Shown one piece after another: positions 33,968-42,089 of a DNA stretch of 44,958 nucleotides (position 1 is its first letter; the number at the start of each line of letters is the position of its first letter). The notes under the pieces are model-generated. The model saw only the letters and a program-made list of their open reading frames with translations. It did not search any database and had not been told where the DNA came from. The DNA comes from an archaeon (GTDB taxonomy: Archaea; Asgardarchaeota; Hermodarchaeia; Hermodarchaeales; Hermodarchaeaceae). Position numbers and translations under genes: made by a program. The stretch covers positions 1 through 44,958 of the forward strand of contig JABXGV010000173.1 of assembly GCA_016550485.1 (NCBI GenBank). The letters run 5' to 3'.

Positions 33968-36160
33968 TTGGAAGATGAAATTCAACCTAAAGGCAAAACT
34001 GTCACACTCCGAGTGAAGAAGGCGCACGAACGGGATGCAGGACGGTTCATCGTCCGAATCGATACTTCGACAATGGAGTCGCTAGGCGTTCAGACAGGTG
34101 ACATCCTTGGAGTCAAGGGGCGCAAACTAACAGCTGGTATTGTGTGGCCAGCTTATCCTCAGGATGAGGGACAGCGCATTATTCGAATGGATGGTCGTAT
34201 GCGTCGAAACGCAGGGGCTAGCCTAGAAGAAAACGTATCAGCTTATCAGGTTCAGGAACGGTCAGCAGCAGCGATAGTTCTTGCTCCTCTTGAAATGAGG
34301 TTTCCTGCTAAAGATTTCGATGAGTTTGTGAAACAAAAACTCTTGAATTGCCCAGTAACCAAAGATGATACCGTCCATGTATCAATTTTAGGACGACCGG
34401 TCAGGTTCATAGTTCGTCGTCTACGCCCTACTGGTATCGGTCTTGTTGTTCTAAATACTCAGCTTACGATTCTAAGTGAACCGCCCAAAGAATTGGAAGC
34501 AGGTATCCCATACATCACATACGAAGAAATCGGTGGTCTTGGTGACGAAATTCAAAGAATTAGAGAAATGGTAGAACTACCGCTGAAACACCCTGAGCTT
34601 TTTGCGCGGCTTGGTATCACCCCACCAAAAGGTGTTCTTCTACATGGCCCGCCTGGTTGTGGTAAGACCCTGCTTGCACAAGCAGTTGCTAATGAATCTG
34701 AAGCGCATTTCATTTCCATAAATGGTCCCGAAATCATGAGCAAGTTTTACGGGGAATCTGAGAAACGCCTTCGTCAGATTTTCGAAGAAGCAGAAAAGAA
34801 TGCTCCAAGCATTATATTCATCGATGAAATAGACGCTATTGCTCCTAAACGTGAAGAAGTCTTAGGTGAAGTTGAACGTCGAGTTGTTGCACAACTACTC
34901 GCGGTAATGGATGGTCTACAGAAACGTGGCCAAGTCATTGTAATAGGGGCTTCCAATCGGCCTAATGCCATTGATCCAGCGCTTCGTCGTCCTGGCCGTT
35001 TTGATCGGGAAATCGAAATACGTATCCCCGATCGTGATGGTCGACACCAAATTCTCCTCATTCATTCACAAGGAATGCCGTTAGAGTCGGTGAGTCTTGA
35101 AACGATAGCCAACATAACACACGGTTATGTTGGAGCAGACCTTGCTGCCCTTTGTCGCGAAGCAGCTATGCTTGCGTTACGCCGTTACCTGCCTCGTATC
35201 AACCTAGAAGAAGACGAGATTCCTCCCGAAGTACTCGCCGATCTTAGGGTGACAAACGAGGACTTCCTGCACGCTCTAAGAGAGATTCAACCAACAGCAA
35301 TGCGAGAAGTCACTCTTGAAGTTCCCAATGTTCGTTGGACTGATATTGGTGGTCTTGAAGAAATTAAGGAGAAACTTAAACAAGCTGTCGAATGGCCTCT
35401 CAGACATCCTGAATCCTTCACTCGTCTTGGCGTAGAGCCACCTCGTGGTGTTCTCCTTTTTGGACCTCCTGGCTGCGGGAAAACACTTCTTGCTCGAGCA
35501 GTAGCAACTGAAAGCGAAGCGAACTTCATAAGTATCAAAGGACCAGAGGTTTTGTCAAAATGGGTGGGTGAATCAGAAAAGGCTGTAAGGGAAGTCTTCA
35601 GGCGTGCTAGGCACGCAGCTCCTGCGATCATATTCTTTGATGAAGTTGACGCTCTAGCACCCGCTCGTGGTAGTGGTGTGGGAGATTCGCATGTAACCGA
35701 GCGTGTAATTAGTCAAATCCTAACCGAAATTGATGGCATTCAATCCCTAAAGGATGTCGTTGTGTTAGCTGCTACTAATCGTCCTGACCTTCTCGATTCA
35801 GCATTACTCAGACCGGGGCGCTTCGATCGACACATCTTGGTTCATGCACCAGATGCAGACGCACGCCAAAAAATCTTTGAAATTTACATCAAGGGTATGC
35901 CTCTCGCAAAGGATGTAAAAATCGACGAATTAGTTCAAGCCACTGACCGCTTCGCGGGTAGTGATATTCAAGCATGTTGTAGAGAAGCTGCCCTTGCCGC
36001 GCTTGATGAGGATATGGCGACAGAAAAAGTCCATCGTAGACATTTCATGAAAGCGATTAAAGAGGTAAACCCCACAATCACCGCAGAGATGGAGAAAGCC
36101 TACCTAGCCTGGGGTAAAAGAGCTCGTCAAACACGACCCAGTACTACTCCATTTGTATAA
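33968..36160 (+). CDS. cdc48: CDC48/VCP-like AAA+ ATPase (double-psi barrel N domain plus D1 and D2)
   Basis: 730 aa. Two Walker A motifs (GPPGCGKT, twice), two Walker B motifs ([16 protein letters not shown]) and second regions of homology (SRH). TTG start. Confidence 0.9.
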   Translation: MEDEIQPKGKTVTLRVKKAHERDAGRFIVRIDTSTMESLGVQTGDILGVKGRKLTAGIVWPAYPQDEGQRIIRMDGRMRRNAGASLEENVSAYQVQERSAAAIVLAPLEMRFPAKDFDEFVKQKLLNCPVTKDDTVHVSILGRPVRFIVRRLRPTGIGLVVLNTQLTILSEPPKELEAGIPYITYEEIGGLGDEIQRIREMVELPLKHPELFARLGITPPKGVLLHGPPGCGKTLLAQAVANESEAHFISINGPEIMSKFYGESEKRLRQIFEEAEKNAPSIIFIDEIDAIAPKREEVLGEVERRVVAQLLAVMDGLQKRGQVIVIGASNRPNAIDPALRRPGRFDREIEIRIPDRDGRHQILLIHSQGMPLESVSLETIANITHGYVGADLAALCREAAMLALRRYLPRINLEEDEIPPEVLADLRVTNEDFLHALREIQPTAMREVTLEVPNVRWTDIGGLEEIKEKLKQAVEWPLRHPESFTRLGVEPPRGVLLFGPPGCGKTLLARAVATESEANFISIKGPEVLSKWVGESEKAVREVFRRARHAAPAIIFFDEVDALAPARGSGVGDSHVTERVISQILTEIDGIQSLKDVVVLAATNRPDLLDSALLRPGRFDRHILVHAPDADARQKIFEIYIKGMPLAKDVKIDELVQATDRFAGSDIQACCREAALAALDEDMATEKVHRRHFMKAIKEVNPTITAEMEKAYLAWGKRARQTRPSTTPFV

Positions 36161-36178
36161 CCGAAGCATCGAGGAATA

Positions 36179-36430
36179 TCAGTCTTCTGCAATGGTGAGA
36201 TATCGACGACTAGTAACCCGCTCTATCTTGCGCTTTGATTTTGTGATTTGCTGAACATGGACAAGCCCGCTTATCTCCAATTCCATTAGGGTACGGTTCA
36301 ACTCTGCAGGAGTAGTGTTCTCTCTAATAGTCTTTAGCAATCTGACTAGTTCTTTGTCTATCAATACACCTTGCCGCTTATCAAGAAGGGCTAGGATGAC
36401 ATTTCGAAGCGGAATAGTTCTCCACGACAT
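36179..36430 (-). CDS. small winged-helix-like protein, function unknown
   Basis: 83 aa. Helical/wH-like pattern (VILALLDKRQGVLIDKELVRLL...LMELEISGLVHVQQ). No family recognised. Confidence 0.3.
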   Translation of the reverse strand: MSWRTIPLRNVILALLDKRQGVLIDKELVRLLKTIRENTTPAELNRTLMELEISGLVHVQQITKSKRKIERVTSRRYLTIAED

Positions 36431-36607
36431 GAAATCACCTTAAATGCTGTTCGTCCGTAGGTTTAGCTGAAATCGGTTCTCCTTTCTAGTAAAAGGAATA
36501 CGACGTCATCGCAGGAGAGATGCTTTTAATCTTTCCTTCATTGTCATCTTAATATAGGTAGTTTTAAGTCTATTATCGAAATTCACTATTTTAAATCAAT
36601 GAGGTAG

Positions 36608-36937
36608 ATGGTGGCTTTGTCAGGAACTTCCTTTGTCAGAGAGGCTGCAGTCTTCAAAGAAATAGGTGCCATAACAGGAGAGGATGTAGGTCGCCGCGTT
36701 CGCATAATGGGATTCGTAGTTGATGTCCACAATGAATTGATTGTACTTAGTGATGACACTGGTCGAATTATGGTATCAGTAGAGGCTCCTCCAAAGCTCC
36801 AAGCCTTTGTACGCGTTTTTGGCACTGTTGCTCTTTCAGGTGAGGGACAACCATTAATTCGTGCAGATTTTGTCCAAGACATTGCGGCTCTTGATAAGCA
36901 ATTATATAAACGTGCTATACGATTATTCAAAACCTGA
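36608..36937 (+). CDS. single-OB-fold protein, RPA14(RPA3)-like small subunit candidate
   Basis: 109 aa. OB pattern GRRVRIMGFVVDVHNELIVLSDDTGRIMVSVEAPPKLQAFVRVFGTV, followed by a C-terminal helix. Lies immediately upstream of PCNA. Confidence 0.35.
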   Translation: MVALSGTSFVREAAVFKEIGAITGEDVGRRVRIMGFVVDVHNELIVLSDDTGRIMVSVEAPPKLQAFVRVFGTVALSGEGQPLIRADFVQDIAALDKQLYKRAIRLFKT

Positions 36938-36958
36938 CTACTTCGGAGGATTGACTAA

Positions 36959-37714
36959 ATGTTTACTGCCAAGTTTGAAGATGCAAAAACATGGCAAGCT
37001 CTCATCAGCGCTATTTCCGCTCTAGTTGACGAAGCTAATTTTGAAATTTCGCCTAAGGGACTTACCTTACGTGCCATGGATCCATCGAGAATAGCGATGG
37101 TTGACTTCGAGCTCCCCAAGGGCGCCTTTAGTGAGTATAAATGTGATGAGGAAACTAAAATCGGCGTAAACCTAGACGAGATAGAAAAAATCGTCAAGCG
37201 TGCTGCTTCTGGTAACAGCTTGGAGCTAAGTGTAGATCATGAATCAAACAAATTAGTAATTACACTCTTAGGACGCACACGCCGCAGCTTCAGTGTAGCA
37301 TTAATCGAATTGGGTGGTGAACGGCCACCAACACTTACAGTGGAGTTTGGCGTGTCTGTAAAAATAACAGCTGATACACTTAAGGAGATAATTCAAGACG
37401 CTGATATTATTAGCGATTTTGTAGCGTTAAACGCGACTGAAAGTGCCTTAGTGATTTCTGCACGTGGGGATACAGGCAATCTTGAAGTGCGGCTCAGCAA
37501 AGAAGATGAAGCACTTCTAGAATACAAGGTCAAGCAACCATCCAAGTCTCTTTATGCTCTGGAGTATCTGAGTGATATGATGAAAGCAGTGGCTGCATCT
37601 GACACAGTCCAAGTCGAATTTGGTGAAGGAACACCAATCAAACTGGTTTTCACAGTAACCAACGGTGGTCATATAATCTATTATCTTGCACCGCGAGTAG
37701 AAGACGAATTCTAA
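36959..37714 (+). CDS. pcn: DNA polymerase sliding clamp PCNA
   Basis: 251 aa. Starts MFTAKFEDAKTWQALISAISALVDEANFEISPKGLTLRAMDPSRIAMVDFELP and shows the two-domain repeat pattern. Confidence 0.9.
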   Translation: MFTAKFEDAKTWQALISAISALVDEANFEISPKGLTLRAMDPSRIAMVDFELPKGAFSEYKCDEETKIGVNLDEIEKIVKRAASGNSLELSVDHESNKLVITLLGRTRRSFSVALIELGGERPPTLTVEFGVSVKITADTLKEIIQDADIISDFVALNATESALVISARGDTGNLEVRLSKEDEALLEYKVKQPSKSLYALEYLSDMMKAVAASDTVQVEFGEGTPIKLVFTVTNGGHIIYYLAPRVEDEF

Positions 37715-37724
37715 GGCAGGACAA

Positions 37725-38768
37725 ATGCTCGAGGATACTAAAATCTATGAGGCTGCGAAATATCCGTGGTCGATTTCTGCACGGCGTCTGTTGAAGGAGC
37801 TAGACATATCTCTTAAAGAGATTGATGCAGATGCACAAGCGCTTCAGCTGGCTCGTAGCCGCCTGCTTCAAGCCCTTGAAACAAAGGAATCTGCGAGTCC
37901 AGAACGTAAAACAAGTAGCGAGTTCGTAGAATTAACTAGCTTCTTTGTTGCGAAGGTGATGGTTGACGCAATTAAAAGCATGTTTTTCCGCCGGCGTTGG
38001 GCTACCGCAGAAGCTAAGCGTGCTGAGCGCTATTTCTTCAAAGAATCAGATTTAAAGCTTGCACAATTAGCTACGCGCAACTTCAACTGGCAGCTAGACC
38101 CAAAACCCACGCGAATTGCTGGACGTGAATTCTCTCACAGGCTTCACTTTGCAAATTATCTTGCCGCTACAGCAGGTTTTCATGAGCGAGAATGGAAGCT
38201 AGTAAACAAACGTATGGTCAGTGGCTATGTCCTTCTCAGGAAGGGAGATACTGCACGAGTGTTGCGGGCAGCTGTGGAACAGCTGCTAATCAGTGATGTA
38301 AAACAAGTTACACCACCTTTCCCTCCTAACATTCAACAATTTTATGAAGAGTTAGAAGTGATTGTTCGCGGTCGTACAGAACGTATGAAGCAGGAAATAA
38401 TGGGTGAGATAATCCCAGAAGCATTCCCGCCCTGCATTCAAGCCCTTCTAGGTGATATGGCTGAGGGTAAACCGCTTTCGCATATCGCGCGATTTACAAT
38501 AACATCTTTTCTTTTAAATGTCGGGATGGATGTCGATTCAATTCTAAACCTTTTCGTAAAGGCTCCTGACTTCCGTGAAGATCTTGCGCGGTATCAGATT
38601 GAACACATTGCTGGCAAGCGAGGGAGCACCGAATATACTCCACCTGCATGTGCCTATTTGGTATCCACTCGGCTTTGTGTGAAGAAGGATAAATACTGCG
38701 AGTTCATACGGCACCCTCTTGCATATTATCGGAGGAGGAGAAAGTGGATAAAACCGAAGAGTTCCTGA
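37725..38768 (+). CDS. priL: DNA primase large subunit PriL
   Basis: 347 aa. C-terminal Fe-S domain cysteines (FPPCIQ...; PPACAYL...LCVKKDKYCEF). Confidence 0.8.
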   Translation: MLEDTKIYEAAKYPWSISARRLLKELDISLKEIDADAQALQLARSRLLQALETKESASPERKTSSEFVELTSFFVAKVMVDAIKSMFFRRRWATAEAKRAERYFFKESDLKLAQLATRNFNWQLDPKPTRIAGREFSHRLHFANYLAATAGFHEREWKLVNKRMVSGYVLLRKGDTARVLRAAVEQLLISDVKQVTPPFPPNIQQFYEELEVIVRGRTERMKQEIMGEIIPEAFPPCIQALLGDMAEGKPLSHIARFTITSFLLNVGMDVDSILNLFVKAPDFREDLARYQIEHIAGKRGSTEYTPPACAYLVSTRLCVKKDKYCEFIRHPLAYYRRRRKWIKPKSS

Positions 38769-39976
38769 AGAATCAATTTGCGGCGTACTACCAGCGGAAG
38801 CACGAAGGCCTTACTATGCCACCAGACTACGAAAAACGCGAGTTCGCCTTTTTCTGGTTCACTCGAAGAGGGGCTCTCCGTCATACCAGCTTCACAAAGA
38901 AGGAAGAGTTAATTCAATTCATAGCGAATGAAGGACCAGCCCATATCTTCTATTCTGCCGCAAAATACAGGAAGCCAGACGCACCTCAGATGCCTCTTAA
39001 AGAATGGGAAGGTGCAAATCTAATCTTTGATATCGATGCTGACCACCTAATTCTCCCCTGTCAGAAACTTCACGACCGGTGGCTTTGTACAGAATGTAGT
39101 ACTCGTGGTAAAGGTCAACGACCAGAAGCTTGTCCAAATTGTGGGGCTCATGCATTTCAGGAATTGAAGTGGATGTGTAAGGAATGTCTTGACGCAGCAA
39201 AAAGCGAAGCAATAAAGATTATTGAAGAATTTCTCCTACCCGATTTTGGCATCGTCCACAAAGACATTATGATAGTCTTTTCCGGTCATCGTGGATATCA
39301 CGTTCACTGTTTCACAGAGGAAGTTCAGCCATTAGGTTCAGCTGAGCGACGTGAAATCGTTGACTATGTGTCTGGTGTTGGACTAGATTTCCTGCATCAT
39401 GGTCTTGTAGATCAATCATACGGGATACCAAAAGGGCCAGATACTCGAACACCCGGGTGGGAACAAAAAATAGCCCGGGGTATAAAGGCAATCTTCAAAT
39501 CCCCCTCAAAAATCTCAGAGATAACTCAATTAAAGGCGTCTCAGAAAGAGATTTTAACTCGAGACGCTGCTTCGATTTTAAGGCAGCTGGAGGAGAGTCC
39601 TCCTCGCTACGTTATGCCTAAAGGAATCGGTAAGGTAGCATGGCGTGCAATCGCCCAGTTTGCTGTTGAGCAGATGGGTGCTAAAGTAGACGAGCCAGTT
39701 ACAACTGATATTCACCGTCTCATTCGCCTTCCAGGCTCGCTACATGGTAAAACCGGCTTCCTTGTGAAACAATTAGATATGAACTCGCTAGAGAAATTTG
39801 ACCCATTTAGCGACGCCCAGGTTTTCGAAGGCTCTACAGAAGTCTTTGTGAAAGAATCGCCAGGATTCAGCTTGGGAAACACTGAATATCCGCCTATGAG
39901 AGAATGCGAGTGTGAGCTTCCTCTCTCTGTCGCTATCTTGCTATTAGGCAAGGGTGTGGCTATAATTAATGAATAA
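38744..39976 (+). CDS. priS: DNA primase catalytic (small) subunit PriS
   Basis: 410 aa. Catalytic LIFDIDADH and SGHRGYHVH motifs, with an inserted zinc-knuckle region (CTECS...CPNCG...CKEC). GTG start preceded by GGAGGAGGAG. Overlaps priL by 25 nt. Confidence 0.9.
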   Translation: MDKTEEFLKNQFAAYYQRKHEGLTMPPDYEKREFAFFWFTRRGALRHTSFTKKEELIQFIANEGPAHIFYSAAKYRKPDAPQMPLKEWEGANLIFDIDADHLILPCQKLHDRWLCTECSTRGKGQRPEACPNCGAHAFQELKWMCKECLDAAKSEAIKIIEEFLLPDFGIVHKDIMIVFSGHRGYHVHCFTEEVQPLGSAERREIVDYVSGVGLDFLHHGLVDQSYGIPKGPDTRTPGWEQKIARGIKAIFKSPSKISEITQLKASQKEILTRDAASILRQLEESPPRYVMPKGIGKVAWRAIAQFAVEQMGAKVDEPVTTDIHRLIRLPGSLHGKTGFLVKQLDMNSLEKFDPFSDAQVFEGSTEVFVKESPGFSLGNTEYPPMRECECELPLSVAILLLGKGVAIINE

Positions 39977-39989
39977 GGAGGCGTGTGCG

Positions 39990-40556
39990 ATGTATGAATC
40001 GTTATTTGAATATTGGAAACAGGAACGGGCGTCAGACAAACTACTCCCTCTACGTGAAACCTTTATGCAAAGGCTAAGAACCTACATAGAGCAACTAATA
40101 ACCGAGACGCAATCAGAGGATATATCGGATACCCACCGTCTCCTTCTTGAGGCCGAGTTATCCAACTTGCGCTTCATTTTGAAGAGTCTTTTACAACATC
40201 GCGTAAAGAAGATTCTAGCAATGGTGCTAGCATCAGATACAATAGACCATAGTCTTATGACAAGGCAAGAACAGCGGTTCGTTGAACAAATAACGAGAAG
40301 TCTACGCTCTGTTAGGATGCTGGAGGAAGACTTATTCGCACCAATGGAGGCTGATTCGTCGTCAAGCCTAATCTTGGTCCGGTTCCTTGAAGATTATCCA
40401 CAAATCGCTGGAGTAGATTTAAAAACATATGGACCGTTTAGGGCTGATGACTTGGCGGTGCTCCCCCTTGAAAATGCTCGTGGGATCATAAGAAGAAATG
40501 GGGCGGAGCCAGTCGTTATTGGAGCTGAAAGAAGTGAAAGCGCCCAAGGAAGTTAA
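39990..40556 (+). CDS. GINS subunit (Gins51/Gins15 type)
   Basis: Helical A domain, then the B domain (LILVRFLEDYPQIAGVDLKTYGPFRADDLAVLPLENARGII). I prefer ATG 39990 with AAGGAGG upstream. Conserved PriS-GINS linkage. Confidence 0.7.
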   Translation: MYESLFEYWKQERASDKLLPLRETFMQRLRTYIEQLITETQSEDISDTHRLLLEAELSNLRFILKSLLQHRVKKILAMVLASDTIDHSLMTRQEQRFVEQITRSLRSVRMLEEDLFAPMEADSSSSLILVRFLEDYPQIAGVDLKTYGPFRADDLAVLPLENARGIIRRNGAEPVVIGAERSESAQGS

Positions 40557-40812
40557 GACATATTGCGCACGGTGTAGGATGCATACAGAGCACTCGCTCT
40601 CACTGTATAAAAAAGGTCGAGAGCGCCGCCTATCTGCTGGAGCTCGACGATATCGCAGGAAAAAAGCAGGCTATGGCTCGCAGCCCAAAGCGGTTCAGAA
40701 ACGTTTCGCAAAAGCTGGTACAAAGAAGTACGTGATTAGGTACAAGTGTAAGACGTGTGGTCACACTACTGTACGTAAAGGCAATAGACTGAAGAAGATA
40801 GAGTTTGTCTAG
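40534..40812 (+). CDS. rpl44e: ribosomal protein L44e (eL42)
   Basis: (M)KAPKEVKTYCARCRMHTEH...KCKTCGH zinc ribbon. I prefer GTG 40534 over ATG 40498, because it gives the canonical N-terminus and has GGAG 9 nt upstream. Confidence 0.85.
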   Translation: MKAPKEVKTYCARCRMHTEHSLSLYKKGRERRLSAGARRYRRKKAGYGSQPKAVQKRFAKAGTKKYVIRYKCKTCGHTTVRKGNRLKKIEFV

Positions 40813-40825
40813 TAAGGTGAGTGAT

Positions 40826-41023
40826 ATGCCAAGAAAAGACCTAATACCTGAACCAACATCGCGGTTTTTGATAGTGAAGTGTCCTGAATGTGGAAATGAT
40901 AAGCAGATAGTCTTTGGTTGGGCAACGCTGGTTGTTAACTGTGATGTCTGTGGTAAACCCCTACTAGAGCCAACTGGGGGTAAAGCTCGAATACTCGGCG
41001 AAATAGTAACAGAGTTAGAATGA
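40826..41023 (+). CDS. rps27e: ribosomal protein S27e (eS27)
   Basis: MPRKDLIPEPTSRFLIVKCPECGNDKQIVFG....CDVCGKPL. AGGTGA lies upstream of ATG 40826. Confidence 0.9.
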   Translation: MPRKDLIPEPTSRFLIVKCPECGNDKQIVFGWATLVVNCDVCGKPLLEPTGGKARILGEIVTELE

Positions 41024-41066
41024 GCCATAGCGTAATCTGTTAGGTTCCGCTCTAGGTGTCGTGTAA

Positions 41067-41876
41067 ATGTCAGAAAAACAAGAAGGCCCTCATGCTGGAG
41101 ATTCAGATTTACCAAGTGTTGGCGAACTAGTAATTGCAACAGTGACACGTATCACTTCACATGGTGCCTATGCCAGCCTTGACGAACATGATGGTCGTGA
41201 AGCATTCGTTCACATTTCTGAAATTGCCTCCACGTGGGTTCGAAACATTCGGAACTTCGTTAGAGAATCTCAGAAAATAGTTGGGAAGGTTCTCCGTGTC
41301 GATTTACGGAGAGGACAAGTCGACCTGTCTCTTCGACGTGTAACGAAGGAGCATTCCCGTATGAAGATTCAAGAGTGGAAACGTGCCCAGCGAGGGAAGC
41401 GGCTACTTGAATTGGCAGCAGAGAAACTAAAAACCTCATACGAAGAAGCCTTTGAAGCAGCAGGAAAGCTCATGGAATCGAATTATAGTGACATGCTTGA
41501 AGCACTAGAAGAGGCTAAGGAGAAGGGCGTCAAAGTTCTCCGAGATATTGGTGTACCTAAAAAATGGGCAGACGTACTTTATGAACTTGCTTTGATTCAT
41601 GTTATTGTTAGGGAAGTCAGCCTTGAGGCAACGATAAAATTAACATGCTCGAGCGCAGAAGGGATTGAAGGTGTTAGAAAGGCCCTTCTGGCTGCTCAGG
41701 CAATCGTTGCTCCATCAAAGGGTGAAGTCTTCGTCGATGGAGCTCCACGATATCGAATTCGACTAAAGGCAAAGGGTGCCAAGGACGCGGAAAGTATTCT
41801 CGACCGTGCCGTTGAGGAAAGCCTTAGAGTTATCAAAGAGTGCGGCGGAGAGGGCAGCGTCGTAGCCCGCTCCTAA
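41067..41876 (+). CDS. eif2a: translation initiation factor aIF2 alpha
   Basis: 269 aa. S1 domain (GELVIATVTRITSHGAYASLDEHDGREAFVHISEI), then a helical domain and an alpha-beta domain. Confidence 0.9.
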   Translation: MSEKQEGPHAGDSDLPSVGELVIATVTRITSHGAYASLDEHDGREAFVHISEIASTWVRNIRNFVRESQKIVGKVLRVDLRRGQVDLSLRRVTKEHSRMKIQEWKRAQRGKRLLELAAEKLKTSYEEAFEAAGKLMESNYSDMLEALEEAKEKGVKVLRDIGVPKKWADVLYELALIHVIVREVSLEATIKLTCSSAEGIEGVRKALLAAQAIVAPSKGEVFVDGAPRYRIRLKAKGAKDAESILDRAVEESLRVIKECGGEGSVVARS

Positions 41877-41885
41877 ATTAATGAG

Positions 41886-42089
41886 GTGTTGGCATTACCC
41901 CGACAACTTAAGAAGTGCTCTCGCTGTTCCCACTACACAATGCATTCTACTACATGCCCACATTGTGGTGGGTCAGTAGTGTTTGCTCATCCTCCCCGCT
42001 TCTCCATAGACGATCGCTACGGGAAGTACCGCCGAGTAATGAAGAAAGGGCTGCTGTCGGAACAAGAGAGTGACGACGATTCTGCGTAA
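41886..42089 (+). CDS. nop10: H/ACA RNP protein Nop10
   Basis: LKKCSRCSHYT...CPHCGGSVVFAHPPRFSIDDRYGKYRR, followed by an acidic tail. GTG or TTG start. Confidence 0.85.
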   Translation: MLALPRQLKKCSRCSHYTMHSTTCPHCGGSVVFAHPPRFSIDDRYGKYRRVMKKGLLSEQESDDDSA

